A stretch of 63,331 nucleotides of DNA, counting the filler, from Octopus bimaculoides (Eukaryota): the NCBI RefSeq assembly GCF_001194135.2. It is 4 parts of 4 records of this genome, joined end to end, with 100 filler letters (N's around TTAATTAATTAA, not from the genome) between each part and the next. Parts side by side here need not be neighbours in the genome. Positions count along the whole stretch, not along the records: positions 1 to 30,786 come from NC_068987.1; 3 more parts are not named here. The stretch is one strand, 5' to 3'. Positions 12,321 to 24,224 of this stretch are shown here, piece after piece; the first letter of the stretch is position 1, and every line of letters starts with the position of its first letter. The translations under genes and the position numbers were made by a program. Below the pieces are notes generated by a model, which saw only the letters and a list, made by a program, of their open reading frames with translations, did no database searches and was not told the DNA's origin.

Positions 12321-12927
12321 AGACACACGCACACACACATACACACACTCATTCATACACACGTCTTTGTGTATGTGAGTTAGACACATAGAGAGAATAA
12401 TTCGCCTGGTGATTATCAGACATCGAAACAAAATCCTTTCTATGAAAGAGTTAAAACACAATATTTCATGAAGGAGATATTTCGCGATGTTTTCCAGTGC
12501 ATACAGCAACCGTTTAGAATATAATTGATTTGTAACATAGAGAAAAATCATTCGTAGAGTGAGGCTGAGTTGGGTGCTCGGAGTTGATTTTAGCAACACA
12601 ACCACTTAACTAGCACTTACGTTATCGGTCACTCGATGATTAACCTTTGCTAGATTTCAAACTCTAGCTGTAAAGCAGTGTTCTTTGTGTGGTCAGCCGC
12701 TCTATCGAATTTGCCAATCGACTTTGCTTGTTGTCTGCATATATTACGGGACACATACATATATATACACATATAGGCATACTCATGCATATAGATGCGT
12801 GCACGAGTGTATATGTGTGTGTATAGTGTTATCCCAAACACACATTGATAGAATATGTACATGGGGGTGTGTATGCGTGTGTAGTTGTGTATATGTATAT
12901 ATCTATCCGGTAGTATATACAGTAAAT

Positions 12928-13493
12928 GAGGTCGACTTTGCCTTTCATCCTTTCGGGGTCGATAAATTAAGTACCAGGTGTGTGCTGGGGTCAATCTAAT
13001 CGACTGGCCCCCTTCCCCAAAATTTCGGGACTCGTGCATAGAGTAGAAAAGAATATTACAGCAAATGAAGGTGGCAATCTAGCTGAATTGTTTGCACACC
13101 GAGTAAAATGATTAGCGGTATTTCGTTGATCCTTAAGTTCCGATTTCAAATCCGCCGAGGTCGACTTTGCTTTTCATCCTTTCGGGGTCGATAATATAAG
13201 TACCAGTTGAGCACTGAGCTTCGATGTTATCGACGTACCCATTCCCTCGAAGTCACTGGCCTTGTGCCAAAGTTTGAAATCAATGTATACAGCAAATAAG
13301 GCGTCGAGCTCGCATAAGCATTAGCACGCCGGGAAAAATGTCTTCACGTTCCGAGTTTAAATGACGCCAGGGTTGATCTTGCTTTCCCTCCTTCTAGACT
13401 CGATTAAACAAGTAGTATTTGAGTACTGGAGTCGATGTGATCGACTTACTGCCTATCTCGAAATTTCTGCCCTTGTGCTAAAATCTGAAACCA
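12928..13493 (+). mobile_element. Three tandem SINE family A copies
   Basis: Copies at 12928-13055 (5'-truncated), 13068-13282 and 13298-13493, each with the GTCGAC...TTTCATCC core or a variant of it. Confidence 0.85.
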
Positions 13494-13549
13494 ATATATT
13501 CAGCAACTGGACAACAGTAAGACTAGTCAAATATCAGCAAGTTAGCGTT

Positions 13550-13782
13550 CCCGTTGCTCCAGTTCATTCAACAGGTAAAGATGAGTTGAACTTGTATTTC
13601 AAAGGGTCAGCTGAGCCCACATTTTGTGCCTCGTTCAATCTCCATGTGAACTACGTTAAAGGTACGCGAACATTCGTCCCATCAGCGGTTAGTGAGACAG
13701 CCAGATCGATATCGGCTTTTGGGAACTTTTTCAAGGGCATGAGATCTCAGTCAGCTGCTTGCTCGGACGAGAATTTGTCGCT
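13550..13782 (+). mobile_element. Partial SINE D body fused to the 116-bp repeat
   Basis: 13550-13666 matches about 12128-12240. The sequence then switches at ggtacgcg to the repeat also found at 10473-10588. Confidence 0.75.
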
Positions 13783-14104
13783 ACTAGCTGAGAGCTAATA
13801 GCAAAATTTTCTTAAATCACTACTTTTCATCTCAGAAGAAAAAAAAAAGAAGAAAGAAAAGAGGCATTGAATATTCTCCCTGTTCTTTATATATGCCTGA
13901 CAATATCACGAAGAAGTAGATGAGAAGGCTGGAATGCCTTTGTTATACGTGTCTGCTTCAATAGAGATCTGGCGCTAAACAACAAACGCCATCAATATCT
14001 GCTACGATTATCCTACTGTGATCTCTTCATAGTCATGAGGAATTACCTGAAATAGCAGAATAATCCTTCACAAACCACATTTTCTTTCACGGTTTGAATG
14101 CTAG

Positions 14105-14300
14105 GGTTTGCTTTAAAACCCTTTGCGAGACGGACAAAATTTGTGGCATTTCTTACGGATCTTTAGATTCTGAGCTCAAATTCCTCCCGGAATATTACCT
14201 TTTATCCTTTCGGGTTCGATACAATTAGTTCCAGTCAAGAATTGGGATCTATGTAAATGACTTAACCCCTATCTTTTAAACTGCTGGTTTTCTACTAAAA
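14105..14300 (+). mobile_element. Degraded SINE family A copy
   Basis: ttctgagctcaaattcc...ccttttatcctttcgggttcgatacaattagttccag. Confidence 0.6.
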
Positions 14301-14369
14301 CAGCAGAAAGAAAAACAAAATCCATGTTGCTGTTGAGTTGGAACTGTAGACAGTCTTTTATATCTGCAC

Positions 14370-15355
14370 TATTACTACCACCACCACCATCACCACGAAC
14401 CACCACCATCATCACCACGAACCACCACCACCATCACCACCATTATCACCATTACTACCATTACCCCACCACTACCATCACAACCACCATCATCACTCCA
14501 CCACCATCATCGCCCCAGCACCATCATCACTCCATCACCACCACCACTACCACCGATACCACCACAACCACCATCATCACCCCACCACCAACTTCACCCC
14601 ACCACCACCACTATTACCACCACTACTACCACCAATATCACCACTCCATCATCACCCCACCACCACCAGCACCCTACCACCATCATCACCCCATCACCAT
14701 CACCAATACCACCACCACCACTCCTGCCACCACTACCACCACAACCACGATCATCATCCACCACCATCATCACCCCACCACAACCACCACCATCACAACC
14801 ACTGTCATCACCCCAGCATCATCAACACCACCATCACCACTACCACCACAACTAGCATCATCACCACACAAGCACCACCCCATCACCACTATCACCACTA
14901 CCACCGCCATCGCCACCATCATCATCACCACTACGACCAGCACCACCACAACCACCACCAAAACAACAACACTACGCTGCCAAGTAAGTATGTACATAGA
15001 TGCGAAAACTGTTAGAAATAGCAGCCAAATTTACCTCAAATCACAATCGTACGGATTTGAAAGGAATGCGTAAACAGTCATCACCATTGTCGTCATCATC
15101 ACCATCCTCCTCCTCCTCCTCCTCCTCATCATCATCATCGTCGTCATCGTCGTCGTCATCATCATCCTCATCATCCACATCATTGTCATCCTCATCATAA
15201 TATCATTCTCATCATCATCATCATCATCATCGATGTCGTCGTCGTCGTCGTCGTCATCGTCATGATCATTACCATCATCGTCATCGTCCTCGTTGCCGTC
15301 ATCATTTTCATCCCCACCGTCGTCGTCGTCATCATCGACGTCGTCGGTGTCATCG
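14370..15355. repeat. Degenerate (CCA/CAT)n and (CAT/CGT/CCT)n trinucleotide arrays
   Basis: These arrays explain the His/Thr/Pro-rich 249-aa and poly-Ser ORFs in the track. Confidence 0.9.
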
Positions 15356-16365
15356 ATTAATTACTATTAACAAGGGACAGCCATAAGCTATTCTGAACGT
15401 ATTTTAATGCTCTGATATTTTAAAGAAACAAAGGTGGCGGCTCTCTGTCTCGGTCACACGCGGAACACTTATACTGATAACGTAGCAGAGTGGATCGTCG
15501 CTGGACTCTGTCCTAAGCAACAGCATCAACAACATTCGCAGTATCGGTTAGAAGCCTAGAACTATATATACACAACTTCAATTTGGACACGCCTATACCC
15601 TATCGTCTCCCAATACGATTACCTGTAGGAATATAACTACAGACTCACCAGCACCAGTAAGCCTCACCACCAACACATACAATACTGACCATTTTCATCC
15701 ACCAACCAATAACATCACCACCACCGACAACAACAACACACAGCAGAAGCAACGTTCTATCCCTATCTTATGAAAACCTTACAGGTTAGTAGTATTTCGA
15801 ACGGGCCGAAAAGGTGATATATTATATAGGACTTATTAAATTACAACATGTTTTGACACCGGCTTTAACAATTTTTGACAAGTGGAACCATTTATTGCTG
15901 GAATCTTCTGTAGGGTTTGATGTTTATTGCTACAAGTTCTCAATAGCAGCCTCTTATAAATGGCTCACCACATCAACGTATAATCTTCTGTATCACGCAA
16001 TGATATATTCGCAATGAACTGCAACAACGATAAACAATTAAACCAAATGTATACAAGCAAACAGCACATACAAGCATACAGATGAATATACTCACGCGTA
16101 CACACCCACACACACACAAACCTACCTACATACATACATATGTATATATATATATATATATATATATNNNNNNNNNNNNNNNNNNNNNNNNNNNNNNNNN
16201 NNNNNNNNNNNNNNNNNNNNNNNNNNNNNNNNNNNNNNNNNNNNNNNNNNNNNNNNNNNNNNNNNNNNNNNNNNNNNNNNNNNGTGTGTGTGTGTGCGTG
16301 TGTGTGTGTGTGCGTGTGTGTGTGTGCGTGTGTGTGTGTGTGTGTATTTATACATACATACATTC

Positions 16366-16428
<63 letters not shown>

Positions 16429-18029
16429 CACGCATGTACACATACATATATCTCAACAGGAATACCTATACAGATGCCTATTTATATACATAGACATGCA
16501 TACATACACACGTGTATATGCATGTATGTATGTATGTATGCATGTATGTATGTAAGTATTTATGTATGTATGTATGTATGTAAGTAAGTATGTATGTATG
16601 TGTGCATGCATATGACTATATATACCTGCAAACATTCATACATACACGCCTAACTATTCTATTTCAGCTTTCATATGAACATAAGCCTTATGTAAATGAG
16701 TATAACTATAAATTCACCCACGAATACACACACACACACACACACACACATTCACACACACACACATTCACACACACACACACATTCACACACACACACA
16801 CATTCACACACACACACACACATTCACACAGCTACATGCGAATGTCTGCATGCATACACATGTGTGCGAATGCTCTACATACATAAATGGTTGCATACAT
16901 TAGTTATACAAATAATTGTCGCTTCTTGTCCATGTGGCATGATGCAGTTGTAATGAAAAGCAACGAGATATTGAATGGTCTTAACACTATTCCGCTATTC
17001 CGGCATTCTTTTATTTCCCTATTCTATTCTAATCTATTTGTCCACGCTTCTACTTCACGCTCTTTCCTCCATCTACTATTTCCAACCTTGATTCGCCAAC
17101 CATTTCATATCACCGGTTTAATTAATACATCTCATATAGAAAGGATTTACAAAAGAAGCTTCATTATATATTCGTGTTGTAGTTGGCCTTAGAAGCATTT
17201 TGAATCTGTCAAAGCTATGATAAATCCCACTCGTTGTATTAGGATTGAGACCAAGATCAAAAGATAACAGAATTTGTGATTATTTAAATCTTCATGTAGG
17301 TTTTGACATCCGTTATTTTATTATCTCCCCTATTCTGCCACTCTTCAAAAGTGGTGTAGTAAGTAGGTCCGCTCTCCTTTTGCTCTCTATCTCTCTTCGT
17401 TTACTCTTGTTTCTTACTCTTTCTCTTTCTCTGCTCTTTCTACGCCTCTTCATCTCTCTACCTAGATTCATTGCTACATCTCTCTATATATGCATATATT
17501 TACATCTATACACGCATATGTATGTATATATATATATATATATATNNNNNNNNNNNNNNNNNNNNNNNNNNNNNNNNNNNNNNNNNNNNNNNNNNNNNNN
17601 NNNNNNNNNNNNNNNNNNNNNNNNNNNNNNNNNNNNNNNNNNNNNNNNNNNNNNNNNNNNNNNNNNNNNNNNNNNNNNNNNNNNNNNNNNNNNNNNNNNN
17701 NNNNNNNNNNNNNNNNNNNNNNNNNNNNNNNNNNNNNNNNNNNNNNNNNNNNNNNNNNNNNNNNNNNNNNNNNNNNNNNNNNNNNNNNNNNNNNNNNNNN
17801 NNNNNNNNNNNNNNNNNNNNNNNNNNNNNNNNNNNNNNNNNNNNNNNNNNNNNNNNNNNNNNNNNNNNNNNNNNNNNNNNNNNNNNNNNNNNNNNNNNNN
17901 NNNNNNNNNNNNNNNNNNNNNNNNNNNNNNNNNNNNNNNNNNNNNNNNNNNNNNNNNNNNNNNNNNNNNNNNNNNNNNNNNNNNNNNNNNNNNNNNNNNN
18001 NNNNNNNNNNNNNNNNNNNNNNNNNNNNN

Positions 18030-18086
<57 letters not shown>

Positions 18087-18233
18087 ATATATATATATAT
18101 GTGATATACATATATATAGATACATACACATAACATGAATATATATGCACTTTCTGAATGAACACACACACTCATACACACACACATATATAATTCTCTC
18201 CCTCTCTCTATCTTTTTCTCTTCCTTCTTGTGA

Positions 18234-18295
<62 letters not shown>

Positions 18296-19399
18296 TCTCT
18301 CTCTCGCTATTTGCTTTCTCTACCATTTTCTCTTCCTCTAGCCATATTTCGCCTGTATCTGTCTCCCTTCATCGCTGTTTCTCTACCACCCTCAACAACT
18401 ATTCTCTCTTCATTTTTGTAAATCCTTCCACCAGTCACCCTCTCCTTTCGGTCTCTCGAGACATGATTTCCATGTACTAAAATTCCTCATGTCTTTATTT
18501 CTTATTTCATTCAACCAGACGATGAAACAACATATAAAATGCCTCAATGCATTTAGTTATATTCCATATTTACAGAGTTCAAATCCTGCTGGATTTGATA
18601 TGTTTATTTATTCAAAGTTTTGCGTTTCATCCTTATAGAAGTATCGGTATTGTACTTCATTCCTTTCAGCTGACTATAAATTCTCTACCACAAAATATAT
18701 GGTTTCGTGTTGGGAGTCAGAAATCATTATTTTATAATAGTGGTTCTAAACATTTTTGAAAGGGGACATTGAGCTGCAAACCATTTGAAGCTTAGAGCTC
18801 CTTTTTACCAAACAGCGATTGAAAAACGCCCCTTTCATACGTTTAGGCAAGTAAAGCAGAATAAATTTAAGTCCCCAACAACAACAGCAGTGCACAGAAC
18901 AGCAGTGTAAAGAACAGGAGCAATAGCAATCAACAGTAGTAACAGCAGCATACAACTGCATCTGTAGCTGTGACAACAACGGCCTCAGTACCACGACCAG
19001 CAAGACCAGAGAGCTCTACAACAACAACGACTCTAACAGTAATAGAACCAAAACCTACCCCCACCCTAAAATCTTCAGTAAGACTATTTCTCTCACACTC
19101 TCCCTCTCACCACATTTTTCCTGCATAAACACACACATGGTCTCACATGAAACGTAACTCTAATCCAATCTGCATCAGATCTTTCCGACGTAAAAGACAA
19201 CCAAGAAAATAAAAGAAAGGCAAAAAGCAATTTCTTTTTTCTGAAACAACGCTACACAAAATCGAATCACATAATCGCTACAGCGTCATCGAAACCACAT
19301 TTACACCAAACAAAAACATCCATTACTATCCTTGCCAACGACCACTTCAACAAAAAGAAAGGAAACTCATGCAGGAGTAGCACCAGTAACTAAAACGGA

Positions 19400-20075
19400 A
19401 ACCCAACAACATCAACGAAACACAGCCGCCCCAAAATATGTGTTGATAGGGAGCTCGAATTAGATAATGATGACTCTTATAGCACAAGAGGAAAATATGG
19501 AAACAAAGGGCATACAAAGTAATAAGTGAGAATTTCCCCAATGATATGGGAAGCCTGAGGGCAAGGGCCGGCAGTAGACTCCGAGGGGGAACATTCCAAA
19601 ATTCTATAGTGATCATTTCTCTCGGTTTCCGGGTTCACCAAATAACCCCTTTCGTTTCCCCTTTCTTCTTTTGTACCTACATGGCAGCTCTGAAAGTGGA
19701 ATGGATAAATGCAAATGGTTTAAGGTTGCCATGGAAGCAAGGTAACCCGTAGTTAGTTTTGAATGTGACAGTCATCAGCGAGACTAGAATTTTCGACAGA
19801 TGCGCCTTAACACCCATTCTTGAAGACTTTAAGATCTTCACATTTCCTACTCGACCAGGAACTGATGGTTGGGAGTCGGTGCTGTTTCGAAAACGCTATT
19901 TATGGACCTGGACCGCGAGTAAGTGGTCTTGGACGAGGAAAGAAGCAAATGTCAGATCTTTAGATTAGTGGCCATGAACGCCCTGACTGTTGGTGGGGAC
20001 CAGTTTTCTTCGGGCGTCTAGATATTTTCTTGAGAACGTCTCGGTCTTTAGTGCATCTTGGGTGCATGTTTGAAC
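19400..20075 (+). mobile_element. Tx1/L1-clade LINE: possible ORF1 end and decayed ORF2 APE endonuclease N-terminus
   Basis: From the ATG at 19681: MAALKVEWINANGLRLPWKQG..LNVTVISETRIF..FPTRPGTDGWESVLFRK..FRLVAMNA..PVFFGRLDIFLRTSRSLVHLG (across stops and frameshifts). This carries the APE motifs N..GL, ET and RLVAxYAP. Confidence 0.75.
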
Positions 20076-20648
20076 TGTTTTGGGCTAACGTACAGCAGAG
20101 GGATTGCAAAAGCTTCGCAAGACAACGTTGACGTTTCCAACTGACTGATAGTAACCGTTTGAGTTTTCCGAATGTGCCAGTGTAAATATTAGCAAACTAC
20201 ATCTCTACGTCCTTCACCAATTATTTAATCTCAAAGTCCAGTTGCTTCTGACTGAGGAGATACAACATAACGAAATAACGACCTCCAAGAATCCATTCAT
20301 TGCACGTTGTTGTAAAAATGAAACACCTTACGAATTAAATTTGAATCCCAGTCTATAGTTTTATTACATCTATCACCGGTTCATTCATCGTTGATCCGGA
20401 ATAACACAGTACACTCATTGTGAACCGTGATACGCTTATGACGAATTGGTATGTGATTACACAATCGGCGATCAGCCAAAGATTATGACTGGGCCGTAAA
20501 TATGCACACCACCAACCAACCACATTATTCAGGTTTCTGAACGAAACCTATTTTTACAATGTGTTCTAGTCTTCATTTATCACTGGTTCGTTTAACATGG
20601 TTTTGTTTAGGAATCAATCACCCGTAATAAAGGAGGATGAATGCATTA

Positions 20649-20890
20649 TTTGATTCAGCAATCAACGGAGATTGAATCAGGTAGCTGGAGGAAAACACAG
20701 AAATCAAAGCGAAGAACAAAATGAAGAAAAGCATAGATGAGGTGTAAATATATAGTATTGTTAAGCCCTAGGTGAAATAAGATTCAACAAACCAGGATTT
20801 TGATATGAAGTAAGTATCTAATTAAGTGATCAGTTTGTCAGTCTTTCCCAGCCTCTGTCTGTCTCCCATTAGACACATACATACACACTT
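20649..20890 (+). repeat. Unclassified dispersed repeat, with pieces recurring at 22628-22752 and 25665-25781
   Basis: 20649-20765 aligns to 25665-25781. About 20775-20890 aligns more loosely to 22628-22752. Confidence 0.75.
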
Positions 20891-21282
20891 ATGAGACAGT
20901 GTGGGCCCGCTTAGAAATAAGGCTCTCATCCCGGTACATAACGTCCATTTCCCTTGTATATCAAATACCTTGTAACCGACTGCTATGTATTGAATTTATG
21001 ACACACTCTCTTTTCTGCAGAGAACGAGAAAGCATAGACATATCTAACGTAGAAGATAACCAACGGAGTAAATATTAATGTATCATATTTGCACTAGACT
21101 TTAAAATTCGTCGTTTCTGTTATTTTATTTCACATTCTGTTTCATATTTGACTATGACCAAATCGAACCTAGTTTATCTTTTATAAAGTTAAAGAAGTGA
21201 TTTTAAATTCTCAAACGCAGGATAATGCTAATAATATTGCCTGAACAGGATAAGCTACCCCTATTTTGCAGAAAAAAAGTGT

Positions 21283-21361
21283 TGGCGGCCGGCTGTGAGA
21301 CTTGAACTCACGCTTTTGTAATTACGCGTCGCGGTGCTCTAAACCATTAAGCTAAACCGCC
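21283..21361 (-). pseudogene. tRNA-like sequence (Thr-CGT-like?) with a disrupted anticodon arm
   Basis: GGCGGTTTAGCTTAATGGTTTAGAGC...GTGAGTTCAAGTCTCAC...GCCA: D-arm, perfect T-arm, A and B boxes, and a T7 run about 4 nt downstream. The anticodon stem does not pair. Confidence 0.5.
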
Positions 21362-21492
21362 TTCGCCACAAAATCTTCTGCAAATCTAAGATGTATAGAA
21401 ATCTCGCTTTATGAGACGCTATCATACGTTAAATTCAAATTACGATGAACGTAAAAATTCTTCGTGAAGGAGAGTCAAGAAGTAGTTTAAGA

Positions 21493-21985
21493 GGATCTTT
21501 TTTAAAACGGGGGCCACATTTTTCATTAACGAAACACTTTGAAACTTGGAACACTGGTAGAATGTGTCATATAAAACATCTTTTTCTCTTAGTCTTCTTN
21601 NNNNNNNNNNNNNNNNNNNNNNNNNNNNNNNNNNNNNNNNNNNNNNNNNNNNNNNNNNNNNNNNNNNNNNNNNNNNNNNNNNNNNNNNNNNNNNNNNNNN
21701 NNNNNNNNGAAAAAAAGCAAATAAAACGAAGGTATGGAGATTAAATACGCTTTACATCGCTTAATCAGCCAAAGGAGTAAATATAAACAACTGAATACTT
21801 GTCAGTGATTGGTTGAAATTATCGAAATAAGACAATTTTTTACATGAAATAAATTCGAATACAAAAATATTTTTCTGTTCTATAACACAAAATAGATAAG
21901 TATACGAAGTTTGAAAGTCTTTCCGTACCAAAAACACTACGTAAAACATTAATGAAAAATGTGGCCCCCGTTTTAAAATAGATCC
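21493..21985. mobile_element. Non-autonomous DNA transposon with about 38-bp TIRs (GGATCTTTTTTAAAACGGGGGCCACATTTTTCATTAA) and an 8-bp TSD GTTTAAGA
   Basis: TIRs at 21493-21530 and about 21948-21985. GTTTAAGA is present at 21485-21492 and 21986-21993. Confidence 0.9.
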
Positions 21986-22139
21986 GTTTAAGAAGTCCGG
22001 GTCTGCCTTCTTTTTACACATACGCGCTTATATATATGGGTGTGCATAAACACATATATGGGCATATGTAACTATTTATGTCTGTGTGTGTTCGTGTGTG
22101 TGTGTGTGTGTGTGTGTGTGCCTTTAATATTTGTTCATT

Positions 22140-22437
22140 TATTTGTTTGAGCCATTGCACTGCAGCCATACTGGAGCACCACCTTTGCTGGACATTAGTT
22201 GAACAAATTGAGACAAATACTTAATTTTTTAAGTTCGGTCCTTATTCCATCGGTTTCTTTTAGCGAAACGCCATGTTACGGGGATGTATATAAACCAATA
22301 CTGGTTGTCAAACGACGGTAGGAACAGACACAATCATAAGGAAACGCATACACACACGCACACATATACTGCATATATTTATATACACGATGAACTTTCT
22401 CAGTTTCCGTCTACCAAATACACTTACATGAATAATT
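22140..22437 (-). mobile_element. SINE family B, head missing
   Basis: gcagccatactggagcaccacc...gttacggggatgta...tttctcagtttccgtctaccaaat. Confidence 0.75.
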
Positions 22438-22459
22438 CAGCTGAAAAAAAATCACTTTT

Positions 22460-22600
22460 CCAAGATGCCGACGTCGACTTGACTTTCATCATTTCGGGGT
22501 CGATGACTTAAGCACCACTTGCGCACTGGGGTCGAGCTACTCGATTGGACTCTTCCCCAAAAAGTTAGAACCTTTTGCCTAAAGTAGAAAAGGCTATTGT
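22460..22600 (+). mobile_element. SINE family A, 3' portion
   Basis: gccgacgtcgactttgactttcatcatttcggggtcgat...cctaaagtagaaaag. Confidence 0.75.
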
Positions 22601-22849
22601 GGAATTTATAATTTCGTAAAAGATAGTTAACAAACAAGGATTAGGATATGAAGCATGTAGCTAATTAAGAAGCATGTAGCTAATTAAGTGTTCTGTTTCT
22701 CAGTCGTTCCCACCCTCTCTCTCTTTCCCATTAGACACATTCACACACTTTATATACATAGTAATGCATATATACACATATATAAGCGTGTATGTTTGTC
22801 ATATAAGGGCATCATGGGCCACTCTAGCAAAGCGTTATTATTGCTGGAG

Positions 22850-23290
22850 ACATATCCGAGTGTAGGAGGTTGATCCGTGATTTTTTGAAGAGATTTTCCA
22901 GTGAACATTTGAATTTTATGGGATCTGTTTCCGTTTTGATATATTTTGGTATATGTTAAAGAGAGCTGGACTCGTTAGGTAAAGTAATAGTGGCGTAATG
23001 TTGTTATGTGTCTTGATTTCGATTTTTGTAGTGAACGGATAGTACGGGAGCCAAGTTTTGGGTGGATTTAAACATTTTTGCAATATTGATGGAATATTTT
23101 CCACATCACACATCGCTCCCGGTGGCCTTGGAGAGAGTAGAGATTGGATTTTTTAGTCGGCCTTAATTGTCAATGTCTGTCATGCCGTCTATCTTTCTTC
23201 TTATTGAACTCGGGAGTGCTTCCACTTTCATAATGAGTTGCTTCGTGTGGGAAGACCACAGTGGGCAACAGTATTCAAGGTGGGGTATAC
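22850..23290 (-). mobile_element. CR1/L2-group LINE ORF2 3' fragment
   Basis: PHLEYCCPLWSSHTKQLIMKVEALPSSIRRKIDGMTDIDN, then frameshifted LYS(L)QxxRER-like and PALFNI motifs typical of the CR1 post-RT region. Confidence 0.85.
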
Positions 23291-24098
23291 ACATATAAAT
23301 GTATATATATACATATATATATGTATGTATATGTATGTATATATATNNNNNNNNNNNNNNNNNNNNNNNNNNNNNNNNNNNNNNNNNNNNNNNNNNNNNN
23401 NNNNNNNNNNNNNNNNNNNNNNNNNNNNNNNNNNNNNNNNNNNNNNNNNNNNNNNNNNNNNNNNNNNNNNNNNNNNNNNNNNNNNNNNNNNNNNNNNNNN
23501 NNNNNNNNNNNNNNNNNNNNNNNNNNNNNNNNNNNNNNNNNNNNNNNNNNNNNNNNNNNNNNNNNNNNNNNNNNNNNNNNNNNNNNNNNNNNNNNNNNNN
23601 NNNNNNNNNNNNNNNNNNNNNNNNNNNNNNNNNNNNNNNNNNNNNNNNNNNNNNNNNNNNNNNNNNNNNNNNNNNNNNNNNNNNNNNNNNNNNNNNNNNN
23701 NNNNNNNNNNNNNNNNNNNNNNNNNNNNNNNNNNNNNNNNNNNNNNNNNNNNNNNNNNNNNNNNNNNNNNNNNNNNNNNNNNNNNNNNNNNNNNNNNNNN
23801 NNNNNNNNNNNNNNNNNNNNNNNNNNNNNNNNNNNNNNNNNNNNNNNNNNNNNNNNNNNNNNNNNNNNNNNNNNNNNNNNNNNNNNNNNNNNNNNNNNNN
23901 NNNNNNNNNNNNNNNNNNNNNNNNNNNNNNNNNNNNNNNNNNNNNNNNNNNNNNNNNNNNNNNNNNNNNNNNNNNNNNNNNNNNNNNNNNNNNNNNNNNN
24001 NNNNNNNNNNNNNNNTATATATACCCACACACGTATATATATATGAATGTATGTGTACATATATAGGTATGTAAATAGACAGACAGATAGATAGATAA

Positions 24099-24147
<49 letters not shown>

Positions 24148-24175
24148 AATACACAGACATTTACACATACGCGCG

Positions 24176-24224
<49 letters not shown>

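Noticed and set aside
14324-15073. 249-aa His/Thr/Pro-rich ORF as a mucin- or histidine-rich protein
   Set aside because: It is fully explained by a degenerate (CCA/CAT)n array, with no complex domain or splice support.
21487-21991. TTAA target-site duplication (piggyBac/Kolobok) for the TIR element
   Set aside because: The TTAA lies within a longer perfect 8-bp duplication, GTTTAAGA, which also gives exact GGATC/GATCC termini.
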